From Vicugna vicugna (Eukaryota), in the NCBI GenBank assembly GCA_013265495.1, contig MU057651.1, positions 1,809,674 through 1,873,673 of the forward strand: a DNA stretch of 64,000 nucleotides. The letters are read 5' to 3'. Made by a program: the position numbers and the translations under genes. Shown one piece after another: positions 25,141 through 38,807 of the stretch (its first letter is position 1; each line of letters starts with the position of its first letter). The notes beneath the pieces were generated by a model. That model saw nothing but the letters and a program-made list of their open reading frames with translations. It was not told the DNA's origin and searched no databases.

Positions 25141-26141
25141 CTTTCAAAATCAGACCCTGTATCCTGAAGCGGTAAGGAGACGGGAGTGAGGGTGGGCCAG
25201 CAATAGCATTTGCTAAAGCGTTCTAACCAACAGAACAAGTCTCAACACATTCAAAGAAGCTGTACCACGCTGTTTGCCATCTCAGGCACGATGCACTTAA
25301 ATCACAACAGCACACACACACAAATTGTGATAATATATTTCTAAAAACCTAGGTACACTAGAAATTTATAATAAATAGTTCTAAATGACTATACATCAAA
25401 GATGAACTCACAACGAAAATTTAAATTTTCAGAGGTGAGAGATAATGAAAATATGATGCAGAGGAACAGGAGAGGCAGTTAAGGGAAGAATTACAGAAAC
25501 ATGTACCAAAAAGAAAAGGGACTGAAAATCAATGAGCGAAGCAGCCATATTCTAGGACAGTAAAAGTACAGCAAAATAATCTAAAAAAAAATTAAGAAGG
25601 AAGGAAATAATAATCAAGATGATAGTAGAAATTAATGAAATAGAAAATGACACTATAGAAAAGATCAAAGGAGCTAAATGTTTATTGTTAGAAACACTTA
25701 AATTAATGGAACAGATGAACGTCTGGGAGGATTGATGGAGCACAGAAGGAAATAAATCATATGTGTGCGATATTAGGGTGATAAAGAAACACAGCTGTAT
25801 GCATGGAAGTTGTTGAATACATTTGAAAACGTATTTTAAAGAACTGAGTGTCTTCCAGTTGGATCATTGAAGCGTCTTTCAACTCATAAAGTGGTTTTGG
25901 CCACAGATTATCCACATAGTTAAAGAAAACGTGGCCATGCATTGAGATTAAAAGTCATCCTGAAGATGCTGATGACACCTCGTATGACTCCAGTAAACAT
26001 GAAACCAGGTGGTAAAGGGAGTAAGGACTTAAGCCTAGAAACTCTGAGGGGGAGCTTTGTGGTTTTCCTGGAACGTTTGACTTCATGTCCTTTTAAAAAT
26101 ATCGTCTACACCTGTCATCTGCATTTGTATGCATACGTGTG

Positions 26142-26387
26142 TCTATAATCTATCTACCTACCTGCCTACGTACCTACCTATCCATCTATCTATCTATCCA
26201 TTTATCTATCTATCTGTCTGTCTATCTATCTGTCTATCTATCCATCCATCCTATCTGTCTGTCCATCTATCTATCCATCCATCCATCCATCCTGTCTGTC
26301 TGTCTATCTATCTATCTATCCATCCATCTTATCTGTCTACCTATCTCTATTTATCTATCCATCCATCCATCCGTCCATCCATCTAAC

Positions 26388-26463
<76 letters not shown>

Positions 26464-26528
26464 TTATCTACATGTTCATCCATCCATCCATCCATCCATC
26501 CATCCATCCATCCATCCATCCATCTAAC

Positions 26529-26569
<41 letters not shown>

Positions 26570-26769
26570 CGTCCATCCATCCTGTCTATCTATCATCCTG
26601 TCTGTCTGTCTATCTATCTATCCATCCATCCGTCCATCCATCTAACCTGTCTTATCTGTCTGTCTATCTATCTATCTATCCATCCATCCGTCCATCCATC
26701 TAACCTGTCTTATCTGTCTGTCTATCTATCTATCTATCCATCCATCCGTCCATCCATCTAACCTGTCTA

Positions 26770-26809
<40 letters not shown>

Positions 26810-26875
26810 TCTTTCTATCTATCTATCTATCTATCCATCCATCCATCCATCCATCCATCCATCCATCCATCTAAC

Positions 26876-26905
<30 letters not shown>
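26142..26905. repeat. Compound (TCTA)n/(TCCA)n/(TCTG)n microsatellite
   Basis: Directly visible tetranucleotide arrays over ~760 bp. Confidence 0.97.
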
Positions 26906-26906
<1 letters not shown>

Positions 26907-29900
26907 ATTCTTTTTAATGATGCTGGTGTAATGCAGACTTTGGCCCTGAAAAGTGATAAGAAAATTCAGCACTGAGAAGATCTCTGACTTTTGAAGCTTG
27001 CTCACTGTCCAGTGGGGGAAGCAAACAGTTCGAGGAGGAATGTAAGAGGGTCTAAAAAGGAAGGACGTATTGCTGGGTCTGCATTGTGCATAAAGGTGAC
27101 CATCCCCACATTTCCCCAAAACATAATAAATTGACAATACTCACAGCAGGTGCCACATCGGAGCACACCCAGCTTACCTTGGGTGCTTCACGGCGGGCTT
27201 TCAACAGCGATGTTTTGACTTCATTTTGTTGAAAGCTGCCATCTCTTTGTGGGCAGGAACCAGGTCTGTCCTGTCTGTCAAAGTCTACCCAGGACACATG
27301 CTAATAGCCCAGCTAGCTTTGAAATAATGATATTATTATTAATAAGAAGGAAGCAGGATCCGTGCACCACCCCGAGCTGGGCGGCTGGCGTGGAGAGCTC
27401 CGATAAACTTCATCCCGCGGGGAGGACCGCCGCCGCCCTCGTCCCGACGGACTGCAGCCGAGGCAGGTGGCTGGCATGACACCCTGTCCCACAGGTGGGA
27501 CCCTGGGGAATGTCCGGCGCCCAGCTGTCCATGCCAACTCCATCACGCAGCCTCGTTCAACAGAAAACCTAGCTCTGACAGTGCGTTCTTTTCCCCCAGC
27601 TTTGGTTGGGGTTAAATGTCTTTCTTCTCATCAGTCCCATCCTCCCGCTGTGTTCTCGACACAGACCGGTTTCAGCAGCCCTCGCAGCCTGCAGCAAAGC
27701 TTCCTGTTTCTGCTCAACCTGAGACCCCCTTCCTCAGCCTCTTGAGATAATTCCGTCGCAAGTGGAGGAAACATCTGCTTTGTACACAGAACGTGCGATT
27801 GCAGCATCTGGAAGGGGCCGCCCGAGTGGGCCGAGAGACGGGCTGGCGGCGAGGCCGCTGCCTTTTCAGCGCTGTGGCGGCTCCGCCTGCAAAGGGAGGA
27901 AGGACCGCTCGGCACAGATGTTCCCTGAATAGCGCTTGTGACAGGGACCGAGGCCCGGGCGGCACGTGCGCGCTCAGCCTGATGAAAGTCTGGAGGGAAA
28001 TGAATGCCCCAGCTCTTAAAATTAGCAGGGGAAAGAGCCATTTCTTGGATTTTTCAAAAAAAAAATATCTTATTTATGCATTTCCTTTGAAATGGCTCTG
28101 TGCGTTCGTGAGGGATTTGCTATTCCTGGGTGCCCCCCGGCTCTGAGAGCCTCCTGGCAAACTGTGCATCTCTCAATGCGCAAATCACCCTGTTTGTTTT
28201 CAAACCGGGTGATTTATAAACAGCAGACACGGTCGTGGGCGTCTGTCCCACTTACACATCTGGGCACAGCCCGCGGCTGGGGCAGAAGTCCCCACTGCTG
28301 ATGAGAAAGTCGGCTTGGACCCCTCTGCCTGCCCAGCCCCTGCTGATGAGGACAGAGGAGGCGCTCGGTGCCCCCACGGGGTCCCCGAAAGGCCTGTCTT
28401 CCAAGGAAGATCCCGCAGCGGAGGACCCCGGGAGGCCGACCTTCCCAGACAGGCTGCCCCTGGGTCAGGAACTTCAGTCCAAACGGCTCCTGTTCCAGAA
28501 AGGGGCGACTTCAGACAGAGAAGCTGGGCCTGAAGATAAAGCCTACAATGAAGTCAGGTGTGCCGAGGGGCACAGATCCAGTCCCGGGGCTGGAACGCGA
28601 GGTCCAGCGAAGCTTCCTGCTTGTCTGGGTCCAGTGTCAGCAGGGCTCACGGTCACGGACTCGGTGGCTCAGGATCCTGGCCGGGAGGAGGGACTCCCAA
28701 CAGCTGGGTTTCTGACCCCGAGACTCCCCCATCTTTCAAACAACAGGGACGGAGGCTCGGCCGTCGGTGGACACTGAGCACAGACAGAACATACTTTCCT
28801 GCTCCTAAAAGAGTCAAAGACGAGGACTCAGACCACAGCAGAGCAAGGGCAGATCAGAGGAGAGTCACAGAGAGCACAGTGGGTTAGACATAAAACGGGA
28901 TGCTAGGTGCTGGTGCAGACATTTGCATCCAAATCACTTTTGCGCACAAGTGTTCGGGGGCTGGACTGACTGTGCTTCTTTTCCTCCCTCGGTTCTGCAC
29001 TTGCATTGAGGGACTGACACGGCTGCCAGGATGGTAATCCTGCTGACAAAGCGGCCGAGAGAAAGAGCTGATGGGAAAGACTGAGGCGTAAACACTGACG
29101 TCCTGGTTCTGGGAGCTCGGGGGCTGTGACTACAAAGAGAAGGTCTGCTTCCAACAGCTCAGCCCAGTCGCTGAGTCGATGAATAGACCGGAGTGAGTGG
29201 TGTGCTTTCTGCAGCTTCGAGAACTGTGTGTGTGTGTGTGTAGCAGTCTCTGTAAGCCACGTTTTATCCCAGAAGGCAGCATGGACTGGGGACCACAGGC
29301 AACCGGCCCGCTCTGTGACAAGCAGCCAGAATATTCAGTCTTCGTCCCGAAAATACCGGCCGGGGACTTGACCTCACGGGCTGTCTGGAAGTTCAGATGG
29401 AATAAATCCTGTGAACGTGGAGTTGCCTCCAAGAGACACAGTCACTGGACCAGGCTCCCTTTCAGGGACAATGTCCTCATGACCGACCCCCGGGAGACGT
29501 GACTATTAACTGAGCCTCGTGGTCATGGCCCCTGAGAGGAGGCTGGCCTGCCTTCCACACTCAGCCAACGTGACAGCATTCAAACACCCAGCATCTTCTC
29601 AAGGCCTCCCTGGGCCCCCGGTCACCACTCAGGGCAGGTGTCAGGGGGCCACCCCAGCTGAACTGAAGGGTATGGATGAGGACAAGGGGGCCACCCCGCC
29701 CCCACTCTAGGAACCACCTCTGGAGGTGAGCCCGGCTGTCAGAGGAGGTGAAGTGCCAGGACCTGCTGGGGCTGACTTGGTCCCGCTGATCTCGGGGACA
29801 GCAGGGGACAGACCACCGGGGGCCCAGTGGGTCTCAGGACACACGTTGTACAAAAAGGCGCAACTGTCCCTTTTTAGTGTCCTTTTCCACTTTCCAGCTG

Positions 29901-30439
29901 CCGTTGACTGACTTAGAGGTTTGAAGTCTCCCGATGCTTTGAGGACGCTGGGGGAGAAGCTGGTTTTAATTTGATCGCGTGTGCTTCCTTCGAATGTACA
30001 TCAGACCTCCCTTTCTGTTGTGCCCCACTTCCTGTCACTAAATATTTTACATAAGTTGACCTGTTTACGCCTCCAAACGGTCCCCTCCAAGGTCCTGGAC
30101 GAGGGGCAAAAGCAAGACACCGGGTGACCCTCAGTTAGGCGCCCTGAAAACCCACCACAGACTCACCAACGAGGCAGTGGTGGGGACGACCTGAGGAGGA
30201 AAAAAGTGAGACTCAGGTGTGAGTTTCCACAGCGAGCACGTGGCAGAGACTTGACAGGGACCTCGGTCCTTGGAGGGCTGAGTGGCACCGCTTCCAAAGG
30301 GAAAGAGGGAGCCGCCGGGGCTGGAGAGATGGGGGACATGGCGTGAAGGTCAGCGTAGACCTGGCCCCGCGGCCCCTCCAGCCGCGGCCCCTTCGCGACG
30401 TCCCCGCTCAGTCTGTGCGTCTCAGGGCACCGCCCCGCG

Positions 30440-30770
30440 GTGACACTTGGTGTCCAGACGTCTGGTCACACGTCATCAGGGGCGTGTCTGGGATGAGATC
30501 CACGCCTGAATTATTAGACCGGGTGAGAGAGATCGCCCTCCCAGGGCCGGGGGACCTCCCCCAGGGACGGTCAGAGGTTCCCTCTGCTGCCTTCGGACTT
30601 GGCCGTGGACTGGAGTCCTGGGTCCCCAGCCGGCTGGCGGCAGACGCGGGAAGTCACCTGAGCCAGTTCCATTTCTTACCGTAACTCACATGACATTTGT
30701 GAACATGGATCTATTTCTAATACACATGTGTTTCATTCATTCTGTTTCTCTAGAGAACCCAGAAGAATAT
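30440..30770 (+). mobile_element. MLT2-type ERVL LTR relic
   Basis: gtgtccagacgtctggtcacacgtcat...gatgagat...ttctgtttctctagagaaccc. Confidence 0.65.
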
Positions 30771-31454
30771 GGGTTCATTTGTTCTAAATTTCTAACCTTT
30801 CTTTAGCTTCTAGACACTAAAATTTGGGGCCTTTAGAACAGACCCCACTACAATAATGATTAAAGTTTTTTTTTTTGACTTTCCATCACATTTTGGAAGG
30901 ACACGTCCACATGTCAACCGTTTAAAACCCCTTGAAATAAAGCAGTTATTGTCATCGCGTTGATGGGGAGGTCACAGCTGAACCAAGGCAGAGACACGCC
31001 CTCGGTCACGGATAAAGGTGGCGGGTGGCAGAGAGCGGGCAGAGGCCTGAGGTCCCTGGTTCTGGGTCAGACTCTTCAGAATGGAAACCCTTGCAATTTG
31101 TGCTGCATGAAAACGGACGGACAGGATTGTAACAAGGCCATTAAATCTTTTTTTTTTTCCTCCTCAATCAAACACAATGATGTTTCTGATTCCGAAAGTC
31201 CGTCCCAAATGTAATCGTGCGTCACAGTCCACTGAAGGACAGACCTCCCAAGACGTGCAGCCTGTTTAAAGGGTGCTGTTCTGTCTCACCCGATTTCTAG
31301 CCACTGCTCACCGTTCGTTCGCGATATGTTGGCCAAGGACTGAGTTTTTGTCATTTGTATTTTCAGACAAAGGCTGGGTGTTGCCTTTAAGACACTAAAC
31401 TGGCAGTCACTGTACGTACTGTGAGAATGAGGGTACCTACTTGTTATTTTTGTT

Positions 31455-31670
31455 TTTATCTTTTTTTATTGATCTGTAGTCCATTTACAATGTCGCGTTC
31501 GTTTCTGGCGCGCAGCATAGTAATTCAGTTACACACATATATACGCATTGCTTTTCATGTTCTTTTTCATCATAGGTCACGACAGGATATTGAATAGCGT
31601 TCCCCGTGCTGTGCAGTAGGACCATGTTGTTTATCTCTTTTCTACACAGTAGTGTGTGTCTGCAAATCCT
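31455..31670 (-). mobile_element. Short L1 3' end
   Basis: tttttttattgatctgtagtccatttacaatg...gtgctgtgcagtaggacc. Confidence 0.78.
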
Positions 31671-32467
31671 ATTTATTATGATTTTCTGGATTCTGTGTCA
31701 GACTTGAAGTTGTTTCGGGCCAGGAAATCACAAAGTACATTTCTCACCATGTAATCTTTTTTATTTTCGTTGGAATGCCCAGAACTTAAGTGGATGCACA
31801 CAGAGACAGGCTCACACACACCCACGTGCGTGCTACTGAAATGAGCCTTGGACGCAGACAGAAAATTACCTTGCTGCTGGAGCGCCCGTCTGCCCTCCCT
31901 GTTCACATCTCTCGGTCCCCCCCACAGAGAGAACCACTATCACCCACTTTATCTTAACCATCCTCCTGCTTTCCTCTGTTCTCTTTTCACTGTCTGCAAA
32001 ACACGCGTCTTTAAACAACGCATTGTTTGGTTTTAGCAGGGGTTGGACTTCATCCGAAGGAATCACCCTGTGCACATCATTCTGGAATTTGCTCTTTTTT
32101 TTTTCTCCAGTCCAACTTGTTTTGGAGATGCTTTTTCACGTGTGCCAGATGCACAACTTGCCCCAGATAAAGAACAATTTAAAAATTGGTTAGTAGTGGA
32201 ATCAGCCACCTCTAACTAAACGGACTATCTGTATTGCTGGGGAAATTACCAAAGAGGATAAAAAGCTGCAATTATATTTGGTTGAATAACAGCCTTTCAC
32301 AGTGTGTAGGGCACAGGCGGCCTGGATTTCTGGATGCTTCAGTCTTGTGGGTTTAAACCTTCTGTCCAATGGCTGTAGCCTTTTGAGGTCCCGCCTCACC
32401 TGTCTGTGTTGTACGTGACCCCATGTCACACCACCAGAATGAAGTTGGGGCTCAAGGAACCTTGATG

Positions 32468-32835
32468 TGTGTAGTCAGGGTTCTCCAGGGAAACACAACC
32501 ACCGGAGTGTGACTATATGCATGTGTGTGTGTGTATAAATATATGCATATTATATATATTATAAGGAATTGGCTCATGGGTTATGGAGGCTGGCATGTCC
32601 AAATCTGTTGTGTGGCCAGCAGACTTGAGACCCAGGAAAGCCAGTGGTGCCGATCAAACCTGAAGGTCAGCCGTCCACTGCACAATCTCCTCCTGCTTGG
32701 AGAGGCCAGTCTTTTTGTTCTACTCAGGCCTTCACCTGATTGGACGAGGCCCACCACATGATGGAGGGTGAACTGGTTCCTTGGAGTAACCACGTTCACC
32801 AGTTTAAATGTTAATCTTGTCCAAAAACCCCTCCA
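32468..32835 (-). mobile_element. MLT2-type LTR
   Basis: tagtcagggttctccagggaaacacaacc...ataaggaattggctcatg...gattggacgaggcccaccaca. Confidence 0.8.
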
Positions 32836-33384
32836 AGGGGAAGCCTAAATTCCGATTTCTGAAACGTCTGCTTGGAATTTCTATTTTCTGCCAATTGACT
32901 GTTCTTGGAATGGCGTCCACCACTGTGTCCCTCCCTCAAAGCCTTTGCTCTGGATCCTCTGTGTTCTTTCACCGATATTTTGGAATGTTCTCAACGCACG
33001 TGTGCACCTCTTAAACTAGACTGAAGGATTTCAGGCCAGACAAGGACTCTTATTTACTTGTGTGTCTCCAGGCCCTCCTCCTAAAGGGTCTGCCGGGACC
33101 ACGGTGCGAAAGAGGGGTTTTGTCCTCACCAGTACCGCTTCTCTCTGGCTTCCTCAGTTAGGACCCGGTTCATGGCTCTGGGACGGCCGCTTGTATCTCC
33201 TGAGCCCTTAGAACTAATTGCACTGTCGCCAGCGTGTGCTTTTGCACGGCAGGGAGAGTGCACTGGTCATTGGCATTTCCATAGGTTAAGCTGCCCCCTC
33301 TATTGCATTGAAATGGCAGCAATAAAAATCAGATATGAGGTAGGTACACTTGCGTTTGTCCAAAGTATTGTTGAATTGGCGGCT

Positions 33385-33785
33385 TCCGAATCTCTGGAAT
33401 GCCTTTCCTTACTTGGGAAAAGGAACATTGCAGACGAGATTGAGTTAAGGGTCACGAGATGGAGAGATTGTCCTCAAATATCTGGATGGGTCTAGCATCC
33501 TTACAAGTGAAAGAGGGAGCGGGGAGGTGGAGACGGATTTGAAGAGGCTGCACTGTTTCCTTTGAAGATGGAAGCGGGTGTCGCGAGTTAAGGAATGCAG
33601 ATGACAAGTGGGGACAGATAAGAACACGGATTCTCTCCGAAAACCTCCAGAAACGCCTTCATTCTAACCCAGTGAGATGTATTTTGGGCTTCCGACTTCC
33701 AGGTCTGAAAGAGATGAAGTGTGCCTTGCGTTAAGCCACTGGGTTTGTGAGAATCTGTTACAGCGGCCACACGAAGCCGATACAC
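33385..33785 (+). mobile_element. MLT1D-like MaLR LTR
   Basis: ttgcagacgagattgagttaagg...tttgaagatggaag...ttaagccactgggtttgtg...tgttacagcggccac...gataca. Confidence 0.75.
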
Positions 33786-34299
33786 TGTCACACGCAGGAG
33801 CGGTCCGTGCCTTCGCGCTTTGATTTTGCTGGGAAGGGGTTCCTCCCGTGCTGTCTGCTGTCTCGGAGATCTTATCACACACCAGTTCTCCGCCGGGTAC
33901 TTTTGTAAGACTATTTCATTTCACTTTCATAACAAACCTGCAAGCCAGGATAACTACCCCAGTTTCAAATAAGAGGATGCTGAGGTTCAGAAAAGTCCGC
34001 AAACCACCCAGCGTTTCGAGGCCAGGGGGACCCCAGCCTGGCCCCTTCGCCCAGCTGTTCCCTCTGTGGCCCTTTGCACATCAGAGTCTGACCAGAAGTG
34101 CGGGAAAGAACCTTGCAGAATTACATTTCCCCTCCCCGGAGCCTCACAGCGTGTCACTACACCGCGGAAGAAGAACCTGGACAATTGTATCACGTTAATA
34201 AAAAAGGAGATTGCTCAACTAGAAAAAGCCTGGTGTGACCCAAAACTAACAAGTCATTCCCTCGACATTTTTTTTAAATTCTTTTGCCTTTTTTTTTAA

Positions 34300-34780
34300 T
34301 AAATAATGACGGTGTAATTGCCCTATAAATTTCACACGTGGCATTTAATTGAGGAAAAGCACGCAGAACTGTTTTATCTTCTAAGCGACTTTCTGTGTTT
34401 ATCTCATTATGATTATAGTTTAAGGTATTATTAATATTAATTTAATTCCCTGTTTTCGCGGAAATTTCTCGGAGGCTGCGATTCACAGACATTACGCGGC
34501 TATGATGGAGAGGGCAATATTTGTGCATGCTAATGAGCCATATCGGGAAATTAGTGCTGCTTTGGAATAAATGAAATGCCAGATTGCCCAATTAAGGTGA
34601 GTGCTAAACTCGGCTAACGAGCATCGTGCACATCAATTGTTCTCCGGCGAACACGGGCGGCTTCACTGGAACGGTTACATATATTAAACAGAAAATTTAT
34701 GGCCATCTCTGAGATGTTTTTGCTAACATTAGGACGAGAGAGTTCACTAATTGCTGCCATGATCCTTTTCTCAGCTCCGA
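34300..34780. promoter_or_regulatory. Candidate conserved non-coding element / enhancer
   Basis: No recognisable repeat; dense in TAAT/ATTA homeodomain cores and has an E-box (CACGTG). Conservation not verified. Confidence 0.35.
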
Positions 34781-35753
34781 ATTGCAGAACGCCGTACGGC
34801 CACGATCCCCCAGTGAGCTGTGATGCTTGGGGCAGTGGTTGTGGATTTCAGCCGGATTCATTTTCTGGGTTTTTTTTCCCCCTTTCTTTTTAAAATAGAC
34901 AGAAAGGAACCATGGAATTTTTTGACCTGGTGGCTCAAGTCCTTAAGCAACTGGCATTTTTCTCTGAAGGGGAAGGAAATATTTTGCCCCGGTTGGTTTC
35001 AGCCCCTTTTAGAGCGGATGCTGCAGCCTGCACGTGCATGTGAATTTAGGGGATCAAGTAGCTCCCAGGGCAGGCCAGCTCGTGTGGAAACGTGTTGGCG
35101 TCGGAGCTGGCCATGCAGCACACAGGACAGCTGCACTGACTGGAGCAGCCGCTAAGACCTGAAAAGGCACTGAAACAGCAGCAAAAAATAATTTCTCCTG
35201 AAAAATAAGCACTTGAAACCGGTCACTCGAAAACTGGATGGAGATGCTACCGAGAGTGAAATGATAAACAGATGAACGTCATTTTGGCTTCAGATCCCGG
35301 ATGCCCTTAGCACCTGTGGGTCTGGACCTGTCTTTCCCATCTGAGAAATGACAGCCGTGACCACTGACTCTCAGTGCCAGTGGAGGGATGGGCTCCTGGG
35401 ACACGAGGGCCCGCGTGCCAGGCTCGGGTGCAAACCCTGGTGGCTGCTGCCTCCCTCACGGGTGTTTGCACGAAAGCCGGGTTGAAACAGCAGGAATTAT
35501 AATGAGCCTTTGTCCCCATTCCGGTCTTCTAACTGGAAATGAAACTAACCTGCTGAATATCGACTTTGGGGTAAATTGAGATTGCTTTCCATTTTACAGA
35601 AGCAAATAAATCCACCAGAGCCCAGAGTCTGCCTAACTGAAATCTCTCGGGATCTTTGTCCAAAGAAAGTTGAGAAATTGGCAAATTTTTTGTTCCGCAT
35701 TTTTTTAGTTTCAACCCTCCCCTCTGCTCTTACTCATTAATGACTCCAATTCT

Positions 35754-35935
35754 TTTTTTTTAATTTATTTTTTATTTTATTTAACATTTTTATTGCATTA
35801 TAGTCATTTCACAATGTTGTGTCAAATTCCAGTGTAGAGCACAATTTTTCAGTTATACGTGAACATGCATATATTCATTGTCACTTTTTTTTCACTGTGA
35901 GCTACCATGAGATCTTGTATCTATTTCCCTGTGCT
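35754..35935 (-). mobile_element. Short young L1 3' end
   Basis: Poly(T); TSD attaat(g/t)actccaattcttt at 35736 and 35936; same 3' end type as the copies at 52326 and 56590. Confidence 0.85.
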
Positions 35936-36241
35936 ATTAATTACTCCAATTCTTTAAAAAAAATTAATACAAGTTTTCTCTTACATTTTATTGTCTCAAC
36001 AAATATGTATTGACCACCAGAGGGGGGCATTCAGTGGGATCAGGAGGCACTGGGAGGACCCTGGTGGGCACGTCCCATCTCTGGGAGACAGACGGTCTGC
36101 ACAGACAGACAGACATTATTCAGTTAAGACCTGCAAACTGAGAAAGTTCGATGAAGATGGGCTCCAGAAATGTCCTCTAGAGGCTTTCAGCTGTGGGAAG
36201 CCTGTTTTTAACTGGCGTCAGCTGGCTTCGACTGGACTATT

Positions 36242-36753
36242 TGTTACTGAGCGCATACTGCTCGCTGCACAGCAAGCCAATAAACTGATGGATGACTTGC
36301 TGGGGCAAGGAATAGCAACTTTATCCCGAAAGCCAGCAGACTGAGAGGGTGGGGGACCAGTGTCTCCAAGAACCATCTTGCCCAGGGTCTGGATGTTGGG
36401 TTCTTTTATAGAGCAAAAGGGGGAGGGGCCTCAGGAGGTAAAATAAAAGGTGATAAACTGTTGCAAACATTTCCTGGTTCCAGCCAGACTCCGGAGGGGC
36501 TGTGCTAATTTTTCCCATCCTGTAGTCATTCGCAAGTGGGCCTGGTCAGGATGTTTCCTGGGAGCTGAACAAAGATATTTTAACTTAACACTGATTACCT
36601 GGGAGGCAGGGTTCCTAGAGATGGGCCACAACGTACACGTTACGCTTATAGGTAACATCCTTTAGTGATTAACTTACAACAAAAGCAACAGAGACGAAGT
36701 TGAAAGTAAAAGAAAAAGGCCCAATGTGGAGTCAATTTTGTTCTTCTCTTACA
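36242..36753 (-). mobile_element. ERV1-like solo LTR
   Basis: TG...CA ends with a perfect 4-bp TSD TATT (36238-36241, 36754-36757), the TSD length typical of ERV1. Confidence 0.88.
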
Positions 36754-36949
36754 TATTTAGAGGATTAAAGCCAAGGGAGTAAGTTGGTGTAGAACTCTGA
36801 GAAATGAAAGAGTTAAGTATTCAAATGAACGTCTAATACATTAATCTTTACTACTAAAATTTCAGCTTTTATACATCGAGCACTTGCTGTGTGCCAGACC
36901 CCGAGGACAGCACAGAATGACTGAATGATATGTGTATGCTGGCCAGAAT

Positions 36950-37790
36950 ATTTATTTATTTATGTATTATTTATTGACTTATTATTTATTTATCTGAAGT
37001 AGAGTCAATTTACAATGCTGTGTCAGTTTCTGGTGTACAGCCTCATATTTCAGTCATACGTATACATACATTTATTCCTTTTCATATTCTTTTTCATTAG
37101 AGGTGACTACAAGGTATTGAATATAGTTCCCTGTGCTCTACAGAAGAAAGTTGTTTAACTATTTTATATCTAGTGGTTTGTATCTGCAAATCTCAAACTC
37201 CTAATTTATCCCTCCCACTTTCTTCCCCCCCTGGTAACCATAAGTTTGTTCTCTCTGTCTGTCTCTTTCTGTTTTGTAGATGAGTTAGTAGTGACCTTTT
37301 TTTCTTTTTAAGATTCCACATATGGGTGATCTCATATGGTATTTTTCTTTCTCTTTCTGGCTTACTTCACTTAGAATAACGATCTCCAGGTCTATCCATG
37401 TTGCTGCAAATGGCAAGTTTTCATCTTTTTTATAGCTGAGTAGTATTCCATTGTATAAATATACCACAGCTTCTTTATCCAGTCATCTGTCAATGGACAC
37501 TTGGGCTGTTTCCATGTCCTGGCTGTTGTAAATAGTGCTGCTATGAACATTGGGGTGCAGGTGTCTTTTCAAGTTAGTGTTCCCTCTGGATATATGCCCA
37601 GCAGTGGGATTGCTGGATCACATGGTAAGTCTATTTTTAGTCTTTTGAGGAATCTCCATATGGTTCTCCACCAAGGCTGCACCAAACTGCATTCCCACCA
37701 GCAGTGCAGGAGGGCTCCCTAGTCTGTTTTGTAAATAGATTCATTTGCATTATTTTCTACATTCCGCCTGTGAGTGACAGCGTATAACAT
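36950..37790 (-). mobile_element. 5'-truncated L1 plus an adjacent second 3' UTR piece
   Basis: Continuous L1 3' UTR/ORF2 end to ~37720, then a diverged second copy of the 3' UTR segment (37721-37790). Confidence 0.85.
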
Positions 37791-38807
37791 TTTTGAAAGC
37801 AGTTTTGAAAGTCCTCATCAGAATGGCTGATCCGAATCATTTGGAAGCACAGGCAGGTTTACACCACGCCTCTGTGCCTCCACCTGACCCATGGAGTTCA
37901 TCCTCTGCCGCACAGACACCGGGGCTATTCACGCCACCTTGCGGTACCTGGTACAATGCTCAGAACGCTGGGCTTTCCACACATTTGCACAGAAGGAGGG
38001 ATTAGAAGGAAACACGGAAAAAAGAAGGCAAAGGACGCTGGGCGTTTCCCAGGAGGCTCCCAGAAAATTGTCCCCATAACCATTCAAAGTGAGCGTAATT
38101 CTTGTTGGTCCTTCCAGCTCCAGTTCTGCACCCAAAGATGACGCTTCCTTGTCTTCTAGGTGCAAACCAGCACTGTCCTTGTGCCTGTCTTTAGAAACCC
38201 CTCTGTCCTTGCTCAGCTGTCAATTAAGTATTTCAGATCCGTAATTAGGTCTCTAAAGGTTGCAAATACGTAAAACCTGAAAATACCTTCCATTTTCACA
38301 GAAGTCAGCCCTTGGAAGCTGCTAATAATATTTTTATAAGTCTTTACGAATAGAGTAAACACATCAAAAGCATCGACACACGGATCTCGCGCTGTGCTGT
38401 GGGTGTGAAAATTAAATAGCTCTCCTTTGACAGATTTTACTTCGTAGGTGCAAGAAAAAAACGATCTGACTTGTTTTCCCATCAAAGTATCATAATTTGT
38501 TTAGCAGCTGTTAAACTTCTTTCTCGGAGCAAGTCTTTCTTGATTTAACCTTCCTATTTTGTGGTGTCCTTTCCCCTTCAAAACCCGAGTGTCCCTGCAA
38601 CCCCATGGCTAAGGCAGGTCCACCGTGCAGACCGGGGGAATGTTTTTATTCTAAGAGCAACAGAAGACCAAGGAAGTTATGAAATCTGGGATGCTGTTTA
38701 TCGTTTTAAAAGATCTCTCTGCTGCAAGGAGCAGGTTTTGTAGGAAGAGACGAGGGGGGAGTGCAGCAGGGGCCCAGGGGAATGGCCATGCGGGCCTGGG
38801 CTGGAAT

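Larger units (their letters stand above)
24030..25760 (+). mobile_element. Ancient A-rich L1M-like ORF2 relic, interrupted by younger inserts
   Basis: Degenerate ORF2-like A-rich sequence (e.g. gcagaaattaatgaaatagaaaa-like at ~25620-25690) flanking an L1 3' end and an LTR16-like element. Confidence 0.5.

Noticed and set aside
26129..26645. Repetitive LSIY/HPSI ORFs
   Set aside because: Translation of the tetranucleotide microsatellite.
28235..28777. 180-aa ORF
   Set aside because: GTG start, no recognisable homology, no supporting exon structure.
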